Below, piece after piece: positions 1 through 9,380 of a DNA stretch of 64,000 nt (position 1 is the first letter of the stretch; each line of letters opens with the position of its first letter). Both the position numbers and the translations under genes were made by a program. Under the pieces are notes generated by a model, which saw only the letters and a program-made list of their open reading frames with translations, ran no database searches and was not told the origin of the DNA. The DNA comes from Candidatus Aenigmatarchaeota archaeon (lineage in GTDB: Archaea > Aenigmatarchaeota > Aenigmatarchaeia > GW2011-AR5): the NCBI GenBank assembly GCA_026397375.1, contig JAPLUZ010000022.1, positions 24,234-88,233 of the forward strand, read 5' to 3'.

Positions 1-157
1 AATTGCAGGAAAAATGTGTTGTCACAGAAAAGTGAATTGATATAGTTTGCAGTGAAGTAATGCTTATAAGAGCCTGATTCCATTTCTTTAGGATGGCAGA
101 GGAGCAGGACTGAACTTGCTACGCATTCAGCCTTGCTTCATTCTCCTTTTTTCACAG

Positions 158-181
158 ATTTTTGATATTATTTTTGATATT
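158..181 (+). repeat. Perfect 12-bp tandem duplication atttttgatatt x2 in the promoter region of the mevalonate-entry operon
   Basis: Read directly: 158-169 and 170-181 are identical; TATA-like tttataag at 213-220 lies ~28 bp upstream of the ATG at 248. Confidence 0.8.
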
Positions 182-247
182 TTTTAATCGTTGCTACCAA
201 ATTGCGACACCTTTATAAGAGTTTCTGTAATTAGGGTTTTGTTCATT

Positions 248-1297
248 ATGACACAAATAGGTATAACGGGCTACGGGTCCTACGTGCCGCGCTTCAGAAT
301 AAAAGTAGAGGAAATAGCAAAAGTCTGGGGTGCTGATGCAGAGGCAATAAAAGACGGCCTGCTTGTTGACGAGAAGAGTGTGCCTGGCAGTGATGAGGAC
401 ACTATTACTATTTCTGTAGAAGCGGGAAAAAATGCGCTGAAAAGAGCACAGATAGACAGAAAAAAAATAGGCGCCCTGTTCATAGGCAGCGAAAGTCACC
501 CGTATGCTGTAAAGCCTTCCGGCACTGTTGTTGCTGAAGCTCTTGGTTTGAGCACAAATTTGCTGGTGGCGGACATTGAATTTGCATGCAAGGCAGGAAC
601 AGCTGCAATGCAGTGCTGCTATGGGCTTGTAAAAGCAGGCGAGATAGAATACGGCCTTGCAATCGGGGCTGACACTTCACAGGGCAGGCCTGGAGATGCG
701 TTGGAATATACAGCAGGCGCCGGCGGGGCTGCATTTATAATTGGAAAAAATCCAATAGTTGAGATAGAAGGCATGACTTCTTTTACGACAGATACTCCAG
801 ATTTCTGGCGCAGGGAAGGCGAAGATTTTCCACGTCACGGATCACGCTTTACAGGCGAACCTGCTTATTTCAAGCATGTGATAAGCGCGAGTAAGATGAT
901 GATGGAAAAATTGGGATTAACTGCGAAAGATTTTGATTATGTTGTTTTACACACGCCTAACGGCAAGTTTCCAATGCGCGCTTCGAAAATTCTGGGCTTT
1001 GAAAAGGAGAAAATAATGCCGTCGATGATTGTAACAAAAATAGGCAATACGTATTCAGGCGCAAGCCCACTGGCGCTCTGCAATGTTCTGGATACAGTAG
1101 CAAAGCCTGGCGACCGCATACTTATGACGTCTTACGGGTCGGGCGCCGGCAGTGATTCGTTTTCCCTTGTTGTCACAGACAGGCTGTTGGCTGTAAGGGA
1201 TCTTGTTACAAAGACGAATGAGTACATCGAAAAGAAACAGTACATAAGCTATGGCCAGTATGCAAAACTGAGGAAAAAATTGAAGGGGATGGAATAA
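248..1297 (+). CDS. Hydroxymethylglutaryl-CoA synthase (archaeal type)
   Basis: ORF 191..1297, likely real start at ATG 248 ([15 protein letters not shown]...); thiolase-fold condensing enzyme of typical archaeal HMGCS length; co-operonic with thiolase and a DUF35 protein. Confidence 0.8.
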   Translation: MTQIGITGYGSYVPRFRIKVEEIAKVWGADAEAIKDGLLVDEKSVPGSDEDTITISVEAGKNALKRAQIDRKKIGALFIGSESHPYAVKPSGTVVAEALGLSTNLLVADIEFACKAGTAAMQCCYGLVKAGEIEYGLAIGADTSQGRPGDALEYTAGAGGAAFIIGKNPIVEIEGMTSFTTDTPDFWRREGEDFPRHGSRFTGEPAYFKHVISASKMMMEKLGLTAKDFDYVVLHTPNGKFPMRASKILGFEKEKIMPSMIVTKIGNTYSGASPLALCNVLDTVAKPGDRILMTSYGSGAGSDSFSLVVTDRLLAVRDLVTKTNEYIEKKQYISYGQYAKLRKKLKGME

Positions 1298-1575
1298 TGA
1301 GTGATGCAAGATACCATACAATTGTTTTATCAGAACCGACGGAAAAGCGAGTTGCACTTATACTTGGTTCTACGGTTCAGAATTCTAACAGGATCTTGCG
1401 GGACTGTCCTGATGCTGATGAATTCGGTATTTGCCCGGCTTGGGCGAGCCCCATGGAGATGTATAAAAATATGGGTTCTACCGTCGTGTACATAGACATG
1501 GCATTTCCGAATTATGAAAGTGTTGTCAGAAGATTTGAGGAGCTTGCAAGAAAAACAGAAGGTGCCAAATCATGA
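1297..1575 (+). CDS. Hypothetical 92-aa protein, translationally coupled between HMGCS and thiolase
   Basis: Start overlaps the HMGCS stop and its stop overlaps the thiolase start (ATGA); no recognisable motif. Confidence 0.45.
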   Translation: MSDARYHTIVLSEPTEKRVALILGSTVQNSNRILRDCPDADEFGICPAWASPMEMYKNMGSTVVYIDMAFPNYESVVRRFEELARKTEGAKS

Positions 1576-2738
1576 GAAACATAGCTGTTGTTGGAACGCA
1601 CCAGACAAAGTTCGGAGAGCTTTGGGACAAGTCGCTGCGAGATCTGGCTGTGGAAGCAGGCCTCGGAGCAATAAAGAATTCCGGCTTGGAGAAAAGCCAG
1701 ATACAGGCATTGTATGTTGGAAATATGTCAGCTGGCAGATTTGTCGGGCAGGAGCACCTTGGTGCTTTGATAGCTGATAATTTAGGATTGAAAGGTGTGC
1801 CTGCCACACGCTGCGAAGCTGCGTGTGCCTCAGGAAGCGTGGCTTTTCGTGATGCTTATTTTGCTGTTGCGTCTGGTGACATAGACGCTGCGCTTGTCGT
1901 TGGAGTGGAAAAAATGACTGACATCCACGGTAGTGGTGTACTCACTACGTTAGCGGCTGCTGGCGACCAGGAATGGGAAGCCTCAATGGGGCTAACATTT
2001 GCCGGACTCTATGCGCTGATGGCAAGAAAACATATGCACGACTTCCATACAACAAGAGAACAGATGGCCCAAGTAGCTGTTACTAATCATAAAAACGGAT
2101 TGAAGAACAAATTAGCGCAATTCCAGATGGCAATAACGCTGGAAGATGTGCTTACATCAACGATGATTGCTGACCCATTAAGGCTGCTGGATTGTTCACC
2201 TATAACTGACGGTGGCGCAGCTGTTGTTATTACCAGCGAAGATCTTGCCAAAAAGCTGGGTGGCCAGCCTATCTATGTATTGGGAACTGGCAAAGGGACA
2301 GATACGATAGCGCTGCACGACAGAAAGTCTTACACAGAACTGCTTTCTACGAAGCTGGCTGCTAGGCGGGCTTATGAGCAGGCAGGACTTCGGCCACAGG
2401 ATATAGATGTGACAGAGGTCCACGACTGCTTCACGATAAACGAGATAATAGCTATGGAGGACCTGGGATTTGTGGAGAAAGGCAAAGGCGGCAAATTCGT
2501 TGAGGATGGAGAGATAGATATTAATGGCTCTGTGCCTACCAATACGTGCGGCGGCCTGAAGGTCTGCGGTCATCCTGTCGGCGCAACTGGTGTAAGACAA
2601 ATTGCAGAAATTGTACAGCTGTTAAAAGGTGAATGTTTCAATCCGATAAACGGGGCTGAAATCGGACTGAACCTGAATATAGGCGGGTCTGGTGCGACTG
2701 CCGTTGTAAATATATTCGGGAAGGAGCCGAAGGTGTAA
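1572..2738 (+). CDS. Acetyl-CoA C-acetyltransferase (acetoacetyl-CoA thiolase)
   Basis: 388 aa; thiolase motifs (CEAACASGS active-site Cys region; C-terminal GHPVGATG... and NIGGSGAT). Confidence 0.85.
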   Translation: MRNIAVVGTHQTKFGELWDKSLRDLAVEAGLGAIKNSGLEKSQIQALYVGNMSAGRFVGQEHLGALIADNLGLKGVPATRCEAACASGSVAFRDAYFAVASGDIDAALVVGVEKMTDIHGSGVLTTLAAAGDQEWEASMGLTFAGLYALMARKHMHDFHTTREQMAQVAVTNHKNGLKNKLAQFQMAITLEDVLTSTMIADPLRLLDCSPITDGGAAVVITSEDLAKKLGGQPIYVLGTGKGTDTIALHDRKSYTELLSTKLAARRAYEQAGLRPQDIDVTEVHDCFTINEIIAMEDLGFVEKGKGGKFVEDGEIDINGSVPTNTCGGLKVCGHPVGATGVRQIAEIVQLLKGECFNPINGAEIGLNLNIGGSGATAVVNIFGKEPKV

Positions 2739-2740
2739 TT

Positions 2741-2992
2741 ATGCAAAGGGGGTTTTTGGTTGAGGGGGATGTTGTAGAAGTACAAGTAAAGGGCTTGGAA
2801 GATGGGCATACGGATCTTGTGAGGATTTATCATGTTATAGATGACGAGGTTTGCGCGTATCCTGAGAATATAAGTTTCCCGTGGATGAAGGATATTTGCA
2901 CCTACACGCTTGATGATGTTAAAAATGTCATTATTGGTCTTACTCCGCTGTTTCCCATGCAGTATCAGCCAATAACCAAGTATGTTAGGTAA
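2741..2992 (+). CDS. Hypothetical 83-aa protein in the mevalonate operon
   Basis: Starts 3 nt after the thiolase stop, same strand, unknown fold. Confidence 0.4.
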   Translation: MQRGFLVEGDVVEVQVKGLEDGHTDLVRIYHVIDDEVCAYPENISFPWMKDICTYTLDDVKNVIIGLTPLFPMQYQPITKYVR

Positions 2993-2997
2993 TAATT

Positions 2998-3225
2998 ATG
3001 ACATATAAACTTAGCTTTGACCCTGCGCAGCTGCCGCCCAGGAGTGAATGGAAAAGAACAACAGTATTGTTAAACGCTCCGTCCCGTGAACATATAGGGA
3101 TTTTGTCAGTTATGAAGGGCTGCGGTAAAAACGATGTTATACTTGATGCATTAACAAGATACATTAAAGAAGCTGGTTTTGATCCGTTCAAAAAACCAAA
3201 AAACATCATAGTAGAATATGAGTGA
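2998..3225 (+). CDS. Hypothetical 75-aa protein in the mevalonate operon
   Basis: Its stop overlaps the start of the DUF35 gene (ATGA). Confidence 0.4.
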   Translation: MTYKLSFDPAQLPPRSEWKRTTVLLNAPSREHIGILSVMKGCGKNDVILDALTRYIKEAGFDPFKKPKNIIVEYE

Positions 3226-3629
3226 TAATCATGCCGCATAGAGGATCTGTACCGATGTCGTGGAGACTGGCAAAGCACAGGTACGCTATGGTAGGCGTAA
3301 AATGTAGGAAGTGTGGAGCTGCGCATTTCCCGCCGCGCATGGTGTGCATGGATTGCGGCAGCCAGGACATGGACAAGTTCCAGTTTTCCGGCAACGGAGA
3401 GATATTATCCTACACGGTAATTCATACTGCACCAGAAGGGTTTGAAAAACAAACACCATATGCCATTGCCTTGGTCAAGCTGGAGGAAGGACCTGTGGTC
3501 AGTGGACATGTTATCAACAAAGAAAGCATAGAAATAGGAAAGCAGGTAAGTATGGTTTTCAGGAAGCTCTATGAGGATGGCAAAGCCGGAGTTATCAACT
3601 ACGGATTCAAGTTTGAGGTAGTTGAGTAG
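3222..3629 (+). CDS. DUF35-family Zn-ribbon/OB-fold protein (scaffold subunit of the archaeal thiolase/HMGCS complex)
   Basis: 135 aa; CRKCG...CMDCG zinc ribbon followed by an OB-like C-terminus; the three genes sit together in one operon here. Confidence 0.7.
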   Translation: MIIMPHRGSVPMSWRLAKHRYAMVGVKCRKCGAAHFPPRMVCMDCGSQDMDKFQFSGNGEILSYTVIHTAPEGFEKQTPYAIALVKLEEGPVVSGHVINKESIEIGKQVSMVFRKLYEDGKAGVINYGFKFEVVE

Positions 3630-3872
3630 TAGGTTAAGAAAGATTATTAGAAACTTCTCAAAATGTTGGCCATCTCAATTGTCATTAATAGTTGTTAACA
3701 GTTAAACTACATTTGCCAGAATTCTTAACAAAACAAGGAATTATTTGCAAAAACCAACACTGACCCTGTTGCTTCCTGTCAAAAGCAATAAATTAACCTC
3801 GATTTCTTATGCAAGATAGGATACCTCCTCTTCCTATAACAATGTTATATATAGTTAGTAGTATATGCGTGA

Positions 3873-3897
3873 GTGCACTGGAAATTATGGGGTGCTC
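3873..3897 (+). promoter_or_regulatory. ORB-like origin recognition box with downstream G-string (gtgCACTGGAAAttatGGGGtg)
   Basis: Resembles the archaeal ORB dyad core (TTCCAGTGGAAAC) followed by a GGGG string. Confidence 0.5.
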
Positions 3898-3930
3898 TAC
3901 TTTTTCTAACATAGACTTTGGAAAACATCT

Positions 3931-3943
3931 ATTTCCAGTGGAG
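3931..3943 (+). promoter_or_regulatory. Mini-ORB-like element aTTTCCAGTGGAG, inverted relative to the ORB at 3873-3897
   Basis: 11/13 match to the TTCCAGTGGAAAC mini-ORB core; forms an inverted pair with 3876-3884. Confidence 0.5.
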
Positions 3944-4040
3944 ATATTTTTATATACTCTCCATGAGAAATAGTGGTGTTAACGTGGATGGCTTTTTTGT
4001 TTACCAAAGGCTGGCTGTCCTTAACTAGTGGGGTGTTGGT

Positions 4041-5276
4041 GTGAAGTTAGAGACTACAATACAAAATAACATATTTTCGCAGTATCTTCAGAAAGAAAAC
4101 ATATTCAAGGATAAGAAATTTTTGACTTCTTCTTTTGTTCCAGACAAGATAACACACAGGGACGGTGAAATTAGGCAAATAGGCTCAATCCTGGCGCCTG
4201 TCCTGAAGGGCTACAGTGCCAATAACATATTCATCTACGGCACCTGCGGTACTGGCAAGACCATATGCGCCAAGTTCATTATCAACCAATTAAAGGAAAT
4301 TTCTGACAAAAATGGCCATAAAATAAAGGTCATCTACGTAAACTGCAAGATGAAGAGGGTAGCTGACACAGAATACAGGCTTTTTGCCCAGCTGCTCAAG
4401 GAATTAGGAGAGTATGTTCCAGATACAGGATTGCCAACAGACGTGCTTTACAGAAAGTTCTTTGAAAAAGTAGAAACAGCAAAGTGCACCCACATCCTTA
4501 TACTGGATGAAATAGACACCCTTGTAAAGAAGGTTGGCGACGAGTTTCTCTATAATTTCACAAGAATAAACCAGGAGCTAAAGCAGAGCCACCTCACAAT
4601 TGTAGGTATAACAAATGACCTGTCAATAAGAGACAACCTGGACCTCAGGGTAAAATCCTCGTTGTCTGAAGAGGAGATATTGTTCAAGCCGTACAATGCA
4701 AACCAGCTGAAGGACATATTAGAAGAAAGGGCGAACAGCGGCTTTATCTCAGGCGTTATAGAAGAACCGGTAATAGCAAAGTGCGCAGCCATAGCTGCAC
4801 AAGAACATGGGGACGCAAGAAGGGCGCTGGACCTGCTGCGTGTTGCCGGCGAGATAGCAGAGCGCTCTGGCGAAGACACGGTTACTGAAAAGCATGTTGA
4901 CATAGCAGAGCAAAAGATAGACCTGGACCGCGTAACAGAAACAGTAAAAGTGCAGCCAACCCAGTCACAGGCTGTGCTGTATTCAATAATTCTATTGAAA
5001 AACAAGATTAATGACCAGAAAAAATGGGTGGACAAAAGGCTTATGACAGGCGACGTTTTTGACCAATACTGCCAGATATGCGCTTCCAACGGCCTGAAGT
5101 CATTGACACAAAGAAGGGTTTCAGACCTGATAAGCGAATTGGACATGCTGGGCATAATAAATGCAAAGGTCATCAGCAACGGCCGCCATGGAAGGACAAG
5201 GGAGATAATACCAGCCATGAATGAAACAGTCCTTGGCAAAGTAACTACTTTCCTTTCTGAGAAGTTTTCGGTGTGA
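4041..5276 (+). CDS. cdc6: Orc1/Cdc6 replication initiator
   Basis: 411 aa; AAA+ Walker A GTCGTGKT, Walker B ILILDEID, C-terminal winged-helix region; GTG start; next to the candidate origin. Confidence 0.85.
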   Translation: MKLETTIQNNIFSQYLQKENIFKDKKFLTSSFVPDKITHRDGEIRQIGSILAPVLKGYSANNIFIYGTCGTGKTICAKFIINQLKEISDKNGHKIKVIYVNCKMKRVADTEYRLFAQLLKELGEYVPDTGLPTDVLYRKFFEKVETAKCTHILILDEIDTLVKKVGDEFLYNFTRINQELKQSHLTIVGITNDLSIRDNLDLRVKSSLSEEEILFKPYNANQLKDILEERANSGFISGVIEEPVIAKCAAIAAQEHGDARRALDLLRVAGEIAERSGEDTVTEKHVDIAEQKIDLDRVTETVKVQPTQSQAVLYSIILLKNKINDQKKWVDKRLMTGDVFDQYCQICASNGLKSLTQRRVSDLISELDMLGIINAKVISNGRHGRTREIIPAMNETVLGKVTTFLSEKFSV

Positions 5277-6364
5277 ATATGAAAGAAGAGGTAGTGAGGA
5301 AGTTTCTCCAGAAAGGGAGACTTCTTTCACCGGATATTTTAGAGAAGTTGGTCAGCGGACAGATAGACGAAACTATGGTACTCTATGATGATCTGGTTAT
5401 AACAAACGCCAGACAGAAAGACAAGGAAGAATTTACAATTTTAAAGAACATAACAAAAAAGAAGGAAGAAGCCAGCGCCGAGGATTTTGCCAAATTCTAC
5501 AGGTCAAAATACGAAAAGACCGTCAGTATTCTTGCAACACGCCTGCAGAAAGACTTCATCTCATTAAACAAAGTGGATAATTTTCGAAATGAAATATATG
5601 TAACAGGCATTGTCAAAGACGTGCAGAAAAAAGATGAAAAATTTATAATAGAGCTTGAAGATCTTACAGGCTCCGGAAAAATAGTTTTTGACGGCGAGCA
5701 GGACGTGGATTTGGACGATGTGGTGGCTGTCAGGTGCGTATCAGCCGGAAACATACTTTTTGGCAAGCAGATTATATATCCGGATGTTCCATTAAGACAG
5801 CCAAAGACCGGTTCTGGTAGTGCATGTTTTATCTCAGGTCTTAACCTACACGAAGCAGCAAAACAGGATGCTGAGAAATTCTTTAGATGGTTTTCAGAAC
5901 AGCACGCTGACCTGCTTTTTGTAGCTGGCGACATAGGCGACAAGGACGTTTTTGAGAAATATGTAAACATATACTGCTCTCAAAAAACTATCTTTGTTAT
6001 CCCTGGAAATAAAGATAAGGACGAGGAGTATCCGCAGACGCCTATAATTTTTGACAACAAAAACATCGTTTCAATAAGCAATCCAGGAATGGTGGAAGTG
6101 AATGGCCTGGTAATACTGCTTATTCATAACTTTAACACGGACATGCTGAAAAAGCGTTATCTCGGCCGATCAAAATGTATTATGGACGAGGACGAATTGG
6201 TATTAGATATAACGCCCGACATCGTTTGTCACAGCGCTGCGGACTCGCAGGTTACAAATTATAAGTCAATAACAATGGTTACTTCTGGGTCCCTGCTTGC
6301 CGACTTCAGGCCAGTTGTAATAGATTTTGGCACCAGAGAAGCACAGCAGAATAAAATAGAATAG
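5273..6364 (+). CDS. PolD small-subunit (DP1)-like protein with OB-fold and degenerate calcineurin-like phosphoesterase domain
   Basis: 363 aa; OB-like EDLTGSGKIVFDG; PDE motifs altered: SGLNLHE (motif I Asp/His lost), GDIGD kept, GNKD instead of GNHD, CHSA instead of GHVH; start overlaps the cdc6 stop (probable ATG at 5279). Confidence 0.55.
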   Translation: MNMKEEVVRKFLQKGRLLSPDILEKLVSGQIDETMVLYDDLVITNARQKDKEEFTILKNITKKKEEASAEDFAKFYRSKYEKTVSILATRLQKDFISLNKVDNFRNEIYVTGIVKDVQKKDEKFIIELEDLTGSGKIVFDGEQDVDLDDVVAVRCVSAGNILFGKQIIYPDVPLRQPKTGSGSACFISGLNLHEAAKQDAEKFFRWFSEQHADLLFVAGDIGDKDVFEKYVNIYCSQKTIFVIPGNKDKDEEYPQTPIIFDNKNIVSISNPGMVEVNGLVILLIHNFNTDMLKKRYLGRSKCIMDEDELVLDITPDIVCHSAADSQVTNYKSITMVTSGSLLADFRPVVIDFGTREAQQNKIE

Positions 6365-6385
6365 AAATAAAAGCACTGCAGACAT

Positions 6386-9088
6386 GTGATAAAAATGAAG
6401 TTTCAAATACTGGACATTGATTATTTTCTAAATAACAACAAGCCCGTTCTCAGAATATTCGGCAAACAGGAAGACGGGACATCGGTCTGCGGCATGTACG
6501 ACAAGCTGGAGCCATATTTTTATATAAGGCTTGGCGTATCATTTGACAAGGCACTGGATGAAATGGAGAAAATGAGGGAAATAAAGAATGTGGAGCAGGC
6601 AGAAAGGTTCGTGCCTCTCGGGTACCAAACAAGCAAGACAAAACTATTGAAGGTTACATTATGGAACCCGCAGGAAGTGCCAACCGTAAAATCAAAGCTA
6701 ATTGAATTGGGCATAGCAAAAGATATTTTCGAAGCGGACATACTTTTCAAGTATAGGTTTATGATTGATCACGGGTTCTATGGCATGCAATGGGTTGAAG
6801 CAGACGGAGAGTCGACAAAGACTGTAAAATCAAAGGTCAAAACCTATAAAATAAATTCCATAAAACCAATTGAAAAACAGGAGAACGCGCCAATAAGTTA
6901 CATGGCATTTGATATAGAATGCGTGCCGTCGGACCCAAAAAGACCGCTTGACGCCAGAAAAGATCCAATAGTGATGATATCCTTGTCTTTTGTGCCTGAA
7001 TACAGAAACAAAAAAGACATTGTACTTGTTGCAAAGCCTTTCACCGGCGAAGGGACAAAGGGATTTGCCAATGAGAAAGAGATGCTCGAAGAGTTTCTGA
7101 ATATTATAGAAACGTATGACCCGGATGTGCTCACAGGCTACAACATAAATTCCTTTGACTTTCCATACATTGTAGAAAGGCTGAAGCAGAACAAGCTCAA
7201 CGCATGCATAGGCAGGACAGACAAGGAGGCCTTCTCAAGAGAGTTTGGCATAACCAATGAATTTATTGTTACAGGCAGGGTCGTTGTCGACCCGTACCAG
7301 ATATTGAAAAGGGATCCGTGGGTAAAATTTCACAGGTACGACCTCAATACAGTGGCAAAGCAGCTGCTGAATGAAGAAAAACATGCAGTTGAATACGGAG
7401 AAATGGCAGGACTATGGAATGGAGGAAAAGAAGGCCTTTCCAGGCTTATAGAATACTGCAGAAGGGATGCTGATCTATCACTTAAACTGGTCTTGAACAG
7501 GGGAATGCTGGACAAATTCTTTGAACTGTCGAAGATATCAGGCCTGCTTTTACAGGACGTATTCGGCGGCCAGACAAGGCGCATAGAAGTAATGCTTTTG
7601 CATGAATTCAGGAAAAGGGATTTCGTAATGTCCGCCGCGCCGTCACGCAATGACATGAGCAGAAGAACAGGCGAAAGAAAGGACAACGAACTGAAAGGCG
7701 CAACTGTCCTGGAGCCGAAAAAGGGCCTGCACGCAGAAGGCTGTGTTCTGGTTTTGGATTTCAAAAGCCTGTACCCGTCTATAATGAGAACATTTAATGT
7801 ATCCCCTGACTCGGTATTGCTCGACAAAGAACTTATAGAAAAAGTGAAATCACACCAGTCACCTACAGGAACACATTTCGTTGATGGGGAAATTTACCAG
7901 GGAATATTTCCTTTTGTGCTTACAAAATTGCTCGATGCAAGAGGTGCAATAAAGAAGCAGATGAAGACAAGCGCAGGAGATGAGAAAAGGATATTGAATG
8001 CAAAACAGCTCGCGCTGAAAGATATATGCAATTCCTTTTACGGATACACAGGTTACATACGCGCCCGCCTGTACATGATAGACGTTGCCAATAGCATAAC
8101 AGGCTACGGCAGGGATAACATAGAAAAAACAAGAAAGCTGATTGAAGAAAACTTTGACGTGGAAGTTGTTTACGGAGACACGGATAGCATATTTTTGAAA
8201 ACAAAAACAACAAATCTTGAAGAAGCACAGGAACTTGGCACAAAAATATCCAAGTTCATTACAGAGAGGCTGCCGGGCTATCTGGAATTAGAATTCGAGA
8301 AAATATACAGGACATTCCTCATACTTTCAAAGAAGCGCTACGCAGGATGGAAATTTGAAAAGGTCGGAGACAAATGGAATGACGAAATGGAAATGCGCGG
8401 CATAGAAACCGTGCGCAGGGACTGGTGCATGCTTGTATCCGATGTGATGAACGAGGTCTTGAGAATTGTTCTGAAAGAAGGGGATCTGCAGGCGGCAATA
8501 ACATGCGTCAAGGATATTTTGGACAAGCTGCGCAAGGGAAAAATACCAATGGAAAAATTGACAATAATCAAAGGCATTACACAGAGCCTGGATGCATACA
8601 AAGGAACGCTGCCTCATATAGAACTTGCAAAAAAACTGGCTATAAGAAATCCACACGACCCGCCAAAGGTCGGGGACCGCCTGGAGTTTGTCATAATCAA
8701 GGGAAACCAGATGCTGTCAAAGAGGTCAGAAGACCCCAGATACGCAGAGCAGAATAACATACAGATAGATTCAGACTACTACATAAACAGCCAGCTATTC
8801 CCGCCAATAGAGAGAATATTTGCAGCCGTTGGCATTGATAAGAGCGAGATTTTCGGCAGCGGTCATCAGGCAAGCCTGGGTGACCTGCTTTCCGGAAAGA
8901 AGAGAACAATGAAACACGACATCGAAATAGAATACAAAAAACTGGAAGGAATAGAAGAGTTCATCTGCAAGAAATGCAACAAATCTTACAGGAGAATACC
9001 GCTTTCAGGCGTGTGTGAATGCGGCGGAGAATTGCTAATGAGCTACCACGGATCTGTAGGAGACAAAATAATTCTGGACAAAAAATAA
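6386..9088 (+). CDS. polB: Family B DNA polymerase (PolB), exonuclease and polymerase motifs intact
   Basis: 900 aa; Exo I FDIE, Exo II YNINSFDFPY, Exo III YCRRDA; Pol A DFKSLYPSI, Pol B KDICNSFYGYTGY, Pol C YGDTDS; C-terminal Cys4 zinc fingers; probable start ATG 6395. Confidence 0.9.
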   Translation: MIKMKFQILDIDYFLNNNKPVLRIFGKQEDGTSVCGMYDKLEPYFYIRLGVSFDKALDEMEKMREIKNVEQAERFVPLGYQTSKTKLLKVTLWNPQEVPTVKSKLIELGIAKDIFEADILFKYRFMIDHGFYGMQWVEADGESTKTVKSKVKTYKINSIKPIEKQENAPISYMAFDIECVPSDPKRPLDARKDPIVMISLSFVPEYRNKKDIVLVAKPFTGEGTKGFANEKEMLEEFLNIIETYDPDVLTGYNINSFDFPYIVERLKQNKLNACIGRTDKEAFSREFGITNEFIVTGRVVVDPYQILKRDPWVKFHRYDLNTVAKQLLNEEKHAVEYGEMAGLWNGGKEGLSRLIEYCRRDADLSLKLVLNRGMLDKFFELSKISGLLLQDVFGGQTRRIEVMLLHEFRKRDFVMSAAPSRNDMSRRTGERKDNELKGATVLEPKKGLHAEGCVLVLDFKSLYPSIMRTFNVSPDSVLLDKELIEKVKSHQSPTGTHFVDGEIYQGIFPFVLTKLLDARGAIKKQMKTSAGDEKRILNAKQLALKDICNSFYGYTGYIRARLYMIDVANSITGYGRDNIEKTRKLIEENFDVEVVYGDTDSIFLKTKTTNLEEAQELGTKISKFITERLPGYLELEFEKIYRTFLILSKKRYAGWKFEKVGDKWNDEMEMRGIETVRRDWCMLVSDVMNEVLRIVLKEGDLQAAITCVKDILDKLRKGKIPMEKLTIIKGITQSLDAYKGTLPHIELAKKLAIRNPHDPPKVGDRLEFVIIKGNQMLSKRSEDPRYAEQNNIQIDSDYYINSQLFPPIERIFAAVGIDKSEIFGSGHQASLGDLLSGKKRTMKHDIEIEYKKLEGIEEFICKKCNKSYRRIPLSGVCECGGELLMSYHGSVGDKIILDKK

Positions 9089-9128
9089 TCACTTAAATAA
9101 ATTTCAAAGAAATTATAAAGGGAAAGAT

Positions 9129-9377
9129 ATGGCACTTGAAATTGAGATGGCAACATACAACAAGGAACTACCGAGGCTACTATCACAAACAGGAAAACAC
9201 GTTCTTATTATTGAAGATCGTGTAATAGATACATATGTCGGCTATGACGCCGCTCTAAAAAGGGGCTATATGGAAGCTGGCATCGGCAAACCATTTTTGG
9301 TCAAAAAAATTGCCAAGGAAGATATACAATTTTTCACAAGAAATATTACTTCTGCTTCTGTTGTTTATACACAGTAG
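9129..9377 (+). CDS. Hypothetical small protein (82 aa)
   Basis: ORF only; K/E-rich, weak pattern GKHVLIIEDRVID. Confidence 0.3.
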   Translation: MALEIEMATYNKELPRLLSQTGKHVLIIEDRVIDTYVGYDAALKRGYMEAGIGKPFLVKKIAKEDIQFFTRNITSASVVYTQ

Positions 9378-9380
9378 AAA

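Larger units (their letters stand above)
3640..4030. promoter_or_regulatory. Candidate replication origin (oriC): about 400 bp non-coding region upstream of orc1/cdc6 with two ORB-like elements and AT-rich flanks
   Basis: Longest intergenic region in the window; ORB-like CACTGGAAA...GGGG at 3873-3897 and TTTCCAGTGGAGA at 3931-3943 (9-bp inverted repeat CACTGGAAA / TTTCCAGTG), AT-rich stretches at 3841-3870 and 3944-3960. Confidence 0.55.

Noticed and set aside
194-9000. Numerous antisense or overlapping ORFs in the six-frame track (e.g. 194..499-, 480..734-, 2196..2600-, 4550..5239-, 5497..5970-, 7330..7827-, 8425..8757+, 35699..36238+, 53334..53711-)
   Set aside because: They lie wholly inside strongly supported genes on the opposite strand or in other frames, and have low-complexity, Ser/Cys/Arg-rich translations typical of antisense frames
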